A DNA stretch of 64,000 bases, from assembly GCA_002269645.1 (NCBI GenBank), contig NIVC01000825.1, positions 281,695-345,694 on the forward strand, in the 5' to 3' direction. The position numbers and the translations under genes were made by a program. Origin of the DNA: Macrostomum lignano. Lineage: Eukaryota. Position 1 is the first letter of the stretch; each line of letters opens with the position of its first letter. Shown one piece after another: positions 1-13,670 of the stretch. The notes below the pieces were generated by a model. The model did not search any database, had not been told where the DNA came from, and saw only the letters and a list, made by a program, of their open reading frames with translations.

Positions 1-3000
1 GGGCCAGCCTCCCAGATCCTCAGTTGCTGGCCAGCCTCCCAGATCCTCAGTTGCTGGGCCAGCCTCCCAGATCCTCAGTTGCTGGGCCAGCCTCCCAGAT
101 CCTCAGTTGCTGGGCCAGCCTCCCAGATCCTCAGTTGCTGGGCCAGCCTCCCAGATCCTCAGTTGCTGGGCCAGCCTCCCAGATCCTCAGTTGCTGGGCC
201 AGCCTCCCAGATCCTCAGTTGCTGGGCCAGCCTCCCAGATCCTCAGTTGCTGGGCCAGCCTCCCAGATCCTCAGTTGCTGGGCCAGCCTCCCAGATCCTC
301 AGTTGCTGGGCCAGCCTCCCAGATCCTCAGTTGCTGGGCCAGCCTCCCAGATCCTCAGTTGCTGGGCCAGCCTCCCAGATCCTCAGTTGCTGGGCCAGCC
401 TCCCAGATCCTCAGTTGCTGGGCCAGCCTCCCAGATCCTCAGTTGCTGGGCCAGCCTCCCAGATCTCAGTTGCTGGCCAGCCTCCCAGATCCCAGTTGCT
501 GGGCCAGCCTCCCTGATCTCAGTTGCTGGCGAGCCTCCCAGATCCCAGTTGCTGGGCCAGCCTCCCTGATCTCCAGTTGCTGTGCGAGCCTCCCAGATCC
601 TCAGTTGCTGGGCCAGCCTCCCAGATCCTCAGTTGCTGGGCCAGCCTCCCAGATCCTCAGTTGCTGGGCCAGCCTCCCAGATGTCAGTTGCTGGGCCAGC
701 CTCCCAGATCCTCAGTTGCTGGCCAGCCTCCCAGATCCTCAGTTGCTGGGCCAGCCTCCCAGATCCTCAGTTGCTGGGCCAGCCTCCCAGATCCTCAGTT
801 GCTGGGCCAGCCTCCCAGATCCTCAGTTGCTGGGCCAGCCTCCCAGATCCTCAGTTGCTGGGCCAGCCTCCCAGATCCTCAGTTGCTGGGCCAGCCTCCC
901 AGATCCTCAGTTGCTGGGCCAGCCTCCCAGATCCTCAGTTGCTGGGCCAGCCTCCCAGATCCTCAGTTGCTGGGCCAGCCTCCCAGATCCTCAGTTGCTG
1001 GGCCAGCCTCCCAGATCCTCAGTTGCTGGCCAGCCTCCCAGATCCTCAGTTGCTGGGCCAGCCTCCCAGATCCCAGTTGCTGGGCCAGCCTCCCTGATCT
1101 CAGTTGCTGTGCGAGCCTCCCAGATCCCCAGTTGCTGGGCCAGCCTCCCTGATCTCCAGTTGCTGTGCGAGCCTCCCAGATCCTCAGTTGCTGGGCCAGC
1201 CTCCCAGATCTCAGTTGCTGGGCCAGCCTCCCAGATCCTCAGTTGCTGGGCCAGCCTCCCAGATCCTCAGTTGCTGGGCCAGCCTCCCAGATCCTCAGTT
1301 GCTGGGCCAGCCTCCCAGATCCTCAGTTGCTGGGCCAGCCTCCCAGATCCTCAGTTGCTGGGCCAGCCTCCCAGATCCTCAGTTGCTGGGCCAGCCTCCC
1401 AGATCCTCAGTTGCTGGGCCAGCCTCCCAGATCCTCAGTTGCTGGGCCAGCCTCCCAGATCCTCAGTTGCTGGGCCAGCCTCCCAGATCCTCAGTTGCTG
1501 GGCCAGCCTCCCAGATCCTCAGTTGCTGGGCCAGCCTCCCAGATCCTCAGTTGCTGGGCCAGCCTCCCAGATCCTCAGTTGCTGGGCCAGCCTCCCAGAT
1601 CCTCAGTTGCTGGGCCAGCCTCCCAGATCCTCAGTTGCTGGGCCAGCCTCCCAGATCCTCAGTTGCTGGGCCAGCCTCCCAGATCCTCAGTTGCTGGGCC
1701 AGCCTCCCAGATCCTCAGTTGCTGGGCCAGCCTCCCAGATCCTCAGTTGCTGGGCCAGCCTCCCAGATCCTCAGTTGCTGGGCCAGCCTCCCAGATCCTC
1801 AGTTGCTGGGCCAGCCTCCCAGATCCTCAGTTGCTGGGCCAGCCTCCCAGATCCTCAGTTGCTGGGCCAGCCTCCCAGATCCTCAGTTGCTGGGCCAGCC
1901 TCCCAGTGTCAGTTGCTGGGCCAGCCTCCCAGATGTCAGTTGCTGGGCCAGCCTCCCAGATCCTCAGTTGCTGGGCCAGCCTCCCAGATCCTCAGTTGCT
2001 GGGCCAGCCTCCCAGATCCTCAGTTGCTGGGCCAGCCTCCCAGATCCTCAGTTGCTGGGCCAGCCTCCCTGATCTCCAGTTGCTGTGCGAGCCTCCCAGA
2101 TCCCAGTTGCTGGGCCAGCCTCCCAGATCTCAGTTGCTGTGCGAGCCTCCCAGATCCCAGTTGCTGGGCCAGCCTCCCTGATCTCCAGTTGCTGTGCGAG
2201 CCTCCCAGATCCCAGTTGCTGGGCCAGCCTCCCTGATCTCCAGTTGCTGTGCGAGCCTCCCAGATCCCAGTTGCTGGGCCAGCCTCCCTGATCCTCAGTT
2301 GCTGGCCAGCCTCCCAGATCCTCAGTTGCTGGGCCAGCCTCCCAGATCCTCAGTTGCTGGGCCAGCCTCCCAGATCCTCAGTTGCTGGGCCAGCCTCCCA
2401 GATCCTCAGTTGCTGGGCCAGCCTCCCAGATCCTCAGTTGCTGGGCCAGCCTCCCAGATCCTCAGTTGCTGGGCCAGCCTCCCAGATCCTCAGTTGCTGG
2501 GCCAGCCTCCCAGATCCTCAGTTGCTGGGCCAGCCTCCCAGATCCTCAGTTGCTGGGCCAGCCTCCCAGATCCTCAGTTGCTGGGCCAGCCTCCCAGATC
2601 CTCAGTTGCTGGGCCAGCCTCCCAGATCCTCAGTTGCTGGGCCAGCCTCCCAGATGTCAGTTGCTGGGCCAGCCTCCCAGATCCTCAGTTGCTGGGCCAG
2701 CCTCCCAGATCCTCAGTTGCTGGGCCAGCCTCCCAGATCCTCAGTTGCTGGGCCAGCCTCCCAGATCCTCAGTTGCTGGGCCAGCCTCCCAGATCCTCAG
2801 TTGCTGGGCCAGCCTCCCAGATCCTCAGTTGCTGGGCCAGCCTCCCAGATCCTCAGTTGCTGGGCCAGCCTCCCAGATCCTCAGTTGCTGGGCCAGCCTC
2901 CCAGATCCTCAGTTGCTGGGCCAGCCTCCCAGATCCTCAGTTGCTGGGCCAGCCTCCCAGATCCTCAGTTGCTGGGCCAGCCTCCCAGATCCTCAGTTGC

Positions 3001-6000
3001 TGGGCCAGCCTCCCAGATCCTCAGTTGCTGGGCCAGCCTCCCAGATCCTCAGTTGCTGGGCCAGCCTCCCAGATCCTCAGTTGCTGGGCCAGCCTCCCAG
3101 ATCCTCAGTTGCTGGGCCAGCCTCCCAGATCCTCAGTTGCTGGGCCAGCCTCCCAGATCCTCAGTTGCTGGCCAGCCTCCCAGATCCTCAGTTGCTGGGC
3201 CAGCCTCCCAGATCCTCAGTTGCTGGGCCAGCCTCCCAGATCCTCAGTTGCTGGGCCAGCCTCCCAGATCCTCAGTTGCTGGGCCAGCCTCCCAGTGTCA
3301 GTTGCTGGGCCAGCCTCCCAGTCCTCAGTTGCTGGGCCAGCCTCCCAGATCTCAGTTGCTGTGCCAGCCTCCCAGATCCTCAGTTGCTGGGCCAGCCTCC
3401 CTGATCTCAGTTGCTGTGCGAGCCTCCCAGATCAGTTGCTGGGCCAGCCTCCCTGATCTCCAGTTGCTGTGCGAGCCTCCCAGATCCCCAGTTGCTGGGC
3501 CAGCCTCCCTGATCTCCAGTTGCTGTGCGAGCCTCCCAGATCCCCAGTTGCTGGGCCAGCCTCCCTGATCTCCAGTTGCTGTGCGAGCCTCCCAGATCCC
3601 CAGTTGCTGGGCCAGCCTCCCTGATCTCCAGTTGCTGTGCGAGCCTCCCAGATCCCCAGTTGCTGGGCCAGCCTCCCTGATCCTCAGTTGCTGGGCCAGC
3701 CTCCCAGATCCTCAGTTGCTGGGCCAGCCTCCCAGATCCTCAGTTGCTGGGCCAGCCTCCCAGATCCTCAGTTGCTGGGCCAGCCTCCCAGATCCTCAGT
3801 TGCTGGGCCAGCCTCCCAGATCCTCAGTTGCTGGGCCAGCCTCCCAGATCCTCAGTTGCTGGGCCAGCCTCCCAGATCCTCAGTTGCTGGGCCAGCCTCC
3901 CAGATCCTCAGTTGCTGGGCCAGCCTCCCTGATCTCCAGTTGCTGGGCCAGCCTCCCAGATCCTCAGTTGCTGGGCCAGCCTCCCAGATCCTCAGTTGCT
4001 GGGCCAGCCTCCCAGATCCTCAGTTGCTGGGCCAGCCTCCCAGTGTCAGTTGCTGGGCCAGCCTCCCTGATCTCCAGTTGCTGTGCGAGCCTCCCAGATC
4101 CCCAGTTGCTGGGCCAGCCTCCCTGATCTCAGTTGCTGGGAGCCTCCCAGATCAGTTGCTGGGCCAGCCTCCCTGATCTCCAGTTGCTGTGCGAGCCTCC
4201 CAGATCCCCAGTTGCTGGGCCAGCCTCCCTGATCTCCAGTTGCTGTGCGAGCCTCCCAGATCCCCAGTTGCTGGGCCAGCCTCCCTGATCTCCAGTTGCT
4301 GTGCGAGCCTCCCAGATCCCCAGTTGCTGGGCCAGCCTCCCTGATCTCCAGTTGCTGTGCGAGCCTCCCAGATCCCAGTTGCTGGGCCAGCCTCCCTGAT
4401 CTCCAGTTGCTGGGCCAGCCTCCCAGATCCTCAGTTGCTGGGCCAGCCTCCCAGATGTCAGTTGCTGGGCCAGCCTCCCAGATCCTCAGTTGCTGGGCCA
4501 GCCTCCCAGATCCTCAGTTGCTGGGCCAGCCTCCCAGATCCTCAGTTGCTGGGCCAGCCTCCCAGATCCTCAGTTGCTGGGCCAGCCTCCCAGATCCTCA
4601 GTTGCTGGGCCAGCCTCCCAGATCCTCAGTTGCTGGGCCAGCCTCCCAGATCCTCAGTTGCTGGGCCAGCCTCCCAGATCCTCAGTTGTTGGGCCAGCCT
4701 CCCAGATCCTCAGTTGCTGGGCCAGCCTCCCAGATCCTCAGTTGCTGGGCCAGCCTCCCAGATCCTCAGTTGCTGGGCCAGCCTCCCAGATCCTCAGTTG
4801 CTGGGCCAGCCTCCCAGATCCTCAGTTGCTGGGCCAGCCTCCCAGATCCTCAGTTGCTGGGCCAGCCTCCCAGATCCTCAGTTGCTGGGCCAGCCTCCCA
4901 GATCCTCAGTTGCTGGGCCAGCCTCCCAGATCCTCAGTTGCTGGGCCAGCCTCCCAGATCCTCAGTTGCTGGGCCAGCCTCCCAGATCCTCAGTTGCTGG
5001 GCCAGCCTCCCAGATCCTCAGTTGCTGGGCCAGCCTCCCAGTGTCAGTTGCTGGGCCAGCCTCCCAGTGTCAGTTGCTGGGCCAGCCTCCCTGATCTCCA
5101 GTTGCTGTGCGAGCCTCCCAGATCCTCAGTTGCTGGGCCAGCCTCCCTGATCTCAGTTGCTGGCGAGCCTCCCAGATCAGTTGCTGGGCCAGCCTCCCTG
5201 ATCTCCAGTTGCTGTGCGAGCCTCCCAGATCCCCAGTTGCTGGGCCAGCCTCCCTGATCTCCAGTTGCTGTGCGAGCCTCCCAGATCCCCAGTTGCTGGG
5301 CCAGCCTCCCTGATCTCCAGTTGCTGTGCGAGCCTCCCAGATCCCCAGTTGCTGGGCCAGCCTCCCTGATCTCCAGTTGCTGTGCGAGCCTCCCAGATCC
5401 CCAGTTGCTGGGCCAGCCTCCCTGATCTCCAGTTGCTGTGCGAGCCTCCCAGATCCTCAGTTGCTGGGCCAGCCTCCCAGATCCCCAGTTGCTGGGCCAG
5501 CCTCCCTGATCTCCAGTTGCTGTGCGAGCCTCCCAGATCCCCAGTTGCTGGGCCAGCCTCCCAGTGTCAGTTGCTGGGCCAGCCTCCCTGATCTCCAGTT
5601 GCTGTGCGAGGCTCCCAGATCCCCAGTTGCTGGGCCAGCCTCCCTGATCTCCAGTTGCTGTGCGAGCCTCCCAGATCCCCAGTTGCTGGGCCAGCCTCCC
5701 TGATCTCCAGTTGCTGTGCGAGCCTCCCAGATCCCCAGTTGCTGGGCCAGCCTCCCTGATCTCCAGTTGCTGTGCGAGCCTCCCAGATCCCCAGTTGCTG
5801 GGCCAGCCTCCCTGATCTCCAGTTGCTGTGCGAGCCTCCCAGATCCTCAGTTGCTGGGCCAGCCTCCCAGATCCCCAGTTGCTGGGCCAGCCTCCCAGAT
5901 CCTCAGTTGCTGGGCCAGCCTCCCAGATCCCCAGTTGCTGGGCCAGCCTCCCAGATCCCCAGTTGCTGGGCCAGCCTCCCAGATCCTCAGTTGCTGGGCC

Positions 6001-6084
6001 AGCCTCCCAGATCCCCAGTTGCTGGGCCAGCCTCCCAGATCCCCAGTTGCTGGGCCAGCCTCCCAGATCCCCAGTTGCTGGGCC
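1..6084. repeat. 28-bp minisatellite (GGGCCAGCCTCCCAGATCCTCAGTTGCT), ~215 copies, runs off the window start; probably intronic in NAP1
   Basis: Unit read directly. It ends ~60 nt before the NAP1 acceptor at 6143. All + ORFs in 24-6117 are translations of it. Confidence 0.97.
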
Positions 6085-6143
6085 TCTGTTAGCAATATAA
6101 ACGGGCTTTCATTTTAAGCTACTGAGTATTATTATTGTTGCAG

Positions 6144-8726
<2,583 letters not shown>

Positions 8727-9609
8727 GTCCAGGCAACATCTGAGCTAAAATCAATACCGGTATGACAAGAACGAAGCCCAGTCATCGTTTCGCTGTCAAA
8801 CTCTTTGGGGAGAGTCGATAATAACTCCTGCCTTAATTGTATTTTTGGCTACAGTTGAGACTAATTTATGTAATATTCTACTTAGCAGTAGTATGGGGAA
8901 ATGAATTTAAATGATTTCTACGCTAAAGTGAACATAAAAAGCATTATTTCTACTAATAGTAGCATCAAGCAGCACTATTTTTCAATCGAGTCAACTCTGT
9001 ATTTTGTTATAATAAACTACTACTATCAGCGGCTATTAATGTTTTTGTCAAGCTGAAAATATTTACTATTTTGCTATTGTGTTTTTACCCAAGCGCAAAC
9101 CCGATTGACTACTATTGAACACTGGGCTTTAATTACCAAAGGTCGCATTTTTTATTTAGTTCCAATAGCGCCCCCGCTCTGTGACTCTCTGCGCTCGTGT
9201 GTGCGCGTGCTTGAACTCTTATCCCACCCATTCTCTTCCTATCTTTTTGAGCAGGTTTTTTATAATAAAAACAACTTATTGTAACTTAATTGCGGAGTTC
9301 CTCACTGTCTTGTGGGCGCGTCTATATTAAGCACTAGTTTTGTTGGGTCTGGAGTTAAGGCTATTCGATGCCAGTTTAAACTTTAACCTGTTTGCAATGT
9401 TCGAGTTGACACAGTTGGACCGTCTTCAACAGAATTCAAACTGCTATTTTTCTCGGTTTGTCAATGCCAATTGTTAAGAGAACATTGTGCGTTGGATATT
9501 ACATTTCTAATGCAGCCGGTCGCTCGCTTTGTGGTCAAAATTGTCCGCTTTTATCTGCGATTTCAGTTACTTCTTTGTACAGTATTTGGTCTTCAGAAGT
9601 AGGCAACCA

Positions 9610-12600
9610 CCCTCCCCGATTCTCAGGTCAAGACTGACCTCCAAGATCCTCAGGTTAAGACTAACCTCCCAGATCCTCAGGTTAAGACTAACCTCCCAGA
9701 TCCTCAGGTTAAGACTGACCTCCAAGATCCTCAGGTTAAGACTGACCTCCAAGATCCTCAGGTTAAGACTAACCTCCCAGATTCTCAGGTTAAGACTGAC
9801 CTCCAAGATCCTCAGGTTAAGACTGACCTCCCAGATCCTCAGGTTAAGACTGACCTCCAAAATCCTCAGGTTAAGACTAACCTCCCAGATCCTCAGGTTA
9901 AGACTGACCTCCAAGATCCTCAGGTTAAGACTGACCTCCCAGATCCTCAGGTTAAGACTGACCTCCAAGATCCTCAGGTTAAGACTGACCTCCAAGATCC
10001 TCAGGTTAAGACTGACCTCCAAGATCCTCAGGTTAAGACTGACCTCCAAGATCCTCAGGTTAAGACTAACCTCCCAGATCCTCAGGTTAAGACTGACCTC
10101 CAAGATCCTCAGGTTAAGACTAACCTCCCAGATCCTCAGGTTAAGACTAACCTCCCAGATCCTCAGGTTAAGACTAACCCCCAGATCCTCAGGTTAAGAC
10201 TAACCCCCCAGATCCTCAGGTTAAGACTAACCTCTCATATCATCAGGTTAAGACTAACCCCCAGATTCTCAGGTTAAGACTAACCTCCCAGATCCTCAGG
10301 TTAAGACTAACCTCCCAGATCCTCAGGTTAAGACTAACCTCCCAGATCCTCAGGTTAAGACTAACCCCCCAGATCCTCAGGTTAAGACTAACCTCCCAGA
10401 TCCTCAGGTTAAGACTACCCTCCCAGATTCTCAGGTTAAGACTGACCTCCAAGATCCTCAGGTTAAGACTAACCTCCAAGATCCTCAGGTTAAGACTAAC
10501 CTCCCAGATCCTCAGGTTAAGACTGACCTCCAAGATCCTCAGGTTAAGACTGACCTCCCAGATCCTCAGGTTAAGACTAACCTCCCAGATCCTCAGGTTA
10601 AGACTAACCCCCCAGATCCTCAGGTTAAGACTAACCCCCCAGATCCTCAGGTTAAGACTAACCTCTCATATCATCAGGTTAAGACTAACCCCCCAGATTC
10701 TCAGGTTAAGACTAACCTCCAAGATCCTCAGGTTAAGACTAACCTCCAAGATCCTCAGGTTAGGACTAACCTCCCAGATCCTCAGGTTAAGACTAACCTC
10801 CCAGATTCTCAGGTTAAGACTGACCTCCAAGATCCTCAGGTTAAGACTGACCTCCAAGATCCTCAGGTTAAGACTAACCTCCAAGATCCTCAGGTTAAGA
10901 CTAACCTCCCAGATCCTCAGGTTAAGACTAACCTCCCAGATCCTCAGGTTAAGACTGACCTCCAAGATCCTCAGGTTAAGACTAACCTCCCAGATCCTCA
11001 GGTTAGGACTAACCTCCCAGATTCTCAGGTTAAGACTGACCTCCAAGATCCTCAGGTTAAGACTAACCTCCAAGATCCTCAGGTTAAGACTAACCTCCCA
11101 GATTCTCAGGTTAAGACTGACCTCCAAGATCCTCAGGCTAAGACTAACCTCCCAGATTCTCAGGTTAAGACTAACCTCCCAGATCCTCAGGTTAAGACTA
11201 ACCTCCCAGATTCTCAGGTTAAGACTGACCTCCCAGATTCTCAGGTTAAGACTGACCTCCCAGATTCTCAGGTTAAGACTGACCTCCCAGATCCTCAGGT
11301 TAAGACTAACCTCCCAGATTCTCAGGTTAAGACTGACCTCCAAGATCCTCAGGTTAAGACTAACCTCCCAGATTCTCAGGTTAAGACTAACCTCCAAGAT
11401 CCTCAGGTTAAGACTAACCTCCCAGATCCTCAGGTTAAGACTAACCTCCCAGATTCTCAGGTTAAGACTAACCTCCAAGATCCTCAGGTTTAGACTAACC
11501 TCCCAGATCCTCAGGTTAAGACTAACCTCCCAGATCCTCAGGTTAAGACTAACCTCCCAGATCCTCAGGTTAAGACTAACCTCTCAGATCCTCAGGTTAA
11601 GACTGACCTCCAAGATCCTCAGGTTAAGACTAACCTCCCAGATCCTCAGGTTAAGACTAACCTCCCAGATTCTCAGGTTAAGACTGACCTCCCAGATTCT
11701 CAGGTTAAGACTAACCTCCAAGATCCTCAGGTTAAGACTAACCTCCCAGATCCTCAGGTTAAGACTAACCTCCCAGATTCTCAGGTTAAGACTGACCTCC
11801 AAGATCCTCAGGTTAAGACTAACCTACCAGATTCTCAGGTTAAGACTAACCTCCAAGATCCTCAGGTTAAGACTAACCTCCAAGATCCTCAGGTTAAGAC
11901 TAACCTCCCAGATCCTCAGGTTAAGACTAACCTCCCAGATTCTCAGGTTAAGACTGACCTCCAAGATCCTCAGGTTAAGACTAACCTCCCAGATCCTCAG
12001 GTTAAGACTAACCTCCCAGATTCTCAGGTTAAGACTGACCTCCAAGATCCTCAGGTTAAGACTAACCTCCCAGATCCTCAGGTTAAGACTAACCTCCCAG
12101 ATCCTCAGGTTAAGACTAACCTCCCAGATCCTCAGGTTAAGACTGACCTCCAAGATCCTCAGGTTTTTGACTGACCTCCCAGATTCTCAGGTTAAGACTG
12201 ACCTCCAAGATCCTCAGGTTAAGACTGACCTCCCAGATCCTCAGGTTAAGACTGACCTCCCAGATTCTCAGGCTAAGACTAACCTCCCAGATCCTCAGGT
12301 TAAGACTAACCTCCCAGATTCTCAGGTTAAGACTGACCTCCAAGATCCTCAGGTTAAGACTAACCTCCCAGATCCTCAGGTTAAGACTAACCTCCCAGAT
12401 CCTCAGGTTAAGACTAACCTCCCAGATCCTCAGGTTAAGACTGACCTCCAAGATCCTCAGGTTAAGACTGACCTCCCAGATTCTCAGGTTAAGACTGACC
12501 TCCAAGATCCTCAGGTTAAGACTGACCTCCCAGATCCTCAGGTTAAGACTGACCTCCCAGATTCTCAGGTTAAGACTAACCTCCCAGATCCTCAGGTTAA

Positions 12601-13610
12601 GACTGACCTCCCAGATTCTCAGGTTAAGACTGACCTCCCAGATTCTCAGGTTAAGACTGACCTCCCAGATCCTCAGGTTAAGACTAACCTCCCAGATCCT
12701 CAGGTTAAGACTAACCTCCCAGATCCTCAGGTTAAGACTAACCTCCCAGATCCTCAGGTTAAGACTAACCTCCCAGATCCTCAGGTTAAGACTAACCTCC
12801 CAGATCCTCAGGTTAAGACTAACCTCCCAGATTCTCAGGTTAAGACTAACCTCCCAGATTCTCAGGTTAAGACTGACCTCCAAGATCCTCAGGTTAAGAC
12901 TAACCTCCCAGATCCTCAGGTTAAGACTAACCTCCCAGATCCTCAGGTTAAGACTAACCTTCCAGATCCTCAGGTTAAGACTAACCTCCCAGATCCTCAG
13001 GTTAAGACTACCCTCCCAGATCCTCAGGTTAAGCAACCATCCAGAACCTCAGGTTAAGACTAACCTCCCAGATCCTCAGGTTAAGCAACCATCCAGAACC
13101 TCAGGTTAAGACTAACCTCCCAGATCCTCAGGTTAAGCAACCATCCAGAACCTCAGGTTAAGACTAACCTCCCAGATCCTCAGGTTAAGCAACCATCCAG
13201 AACCTCAGGTTAAGACTAACCTCCCAGATCCTCAGGTTAAGCAACCATCCAGAACCTCAGGTTAAGACTACCCTCCCAGATCCTCAGGTTAAGCAACCAT
13301 CCAGAACCTCAGGTTAAGACTAACCTCCCAGATCCTCAGGTTAAGCAACCATCCAGAACCTCAGGTTAAGACTAACCTCCCAGATCCTCAGGTTAAGCAA
13401 CCATCCAGAACCTCAGGTTAAGACTAACCTCCCAGATCCTCAGGTTAAGCAACCATCCAGAACCTCAGGTTAAGACTAACCTCCCAGATCCTCAGGTTAA
13501 GCAACCATCCAGAACCTCAGGTTAAGACTAACCTCCCAGATCCTCAGGTTAAGCAACCATCCAGAACCTCAGGTTAAGACTAATCTTCCGGATCATCAGG
13601 TTAAGCAACT
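9610..13610. repeat. 27-bp minisatellite (CCTCCCAGATCCTCAGGTTAAGACTAA), ~145 copies, changing to a 52-bp dimer after ~13020
   Basis: Unit read directly. The period of AAGCAACC is 52 (13031, 13083). Confidence 0.96.
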
Positions 13611-13670
13611 ACCCGTTCATACCCTCATATTAACCGATTTGAGTTTGCCGATGTGCATCGGCGCCCGCAG

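Noticed and set aside
24-6117. Long ORFs (up to 709 aa) of PASQILSCWASLPDPQLLGQ repeats
   Set aside because: They are all three frames of a stop-free 28-bp unit with no unique coding sequence.
9529-13057. Repetitive ORFs (LRLTSQI, EVSLNLRIW, DLPDPQVKT)
   Set aside because: Translations of the 27-bp array.
9610-13610. CRISPR-like appearance of the tandem arrays
   Set aside because: No unique spacers between repeats, eukaryotic context, no cas genes. The same applies to all other arrays.
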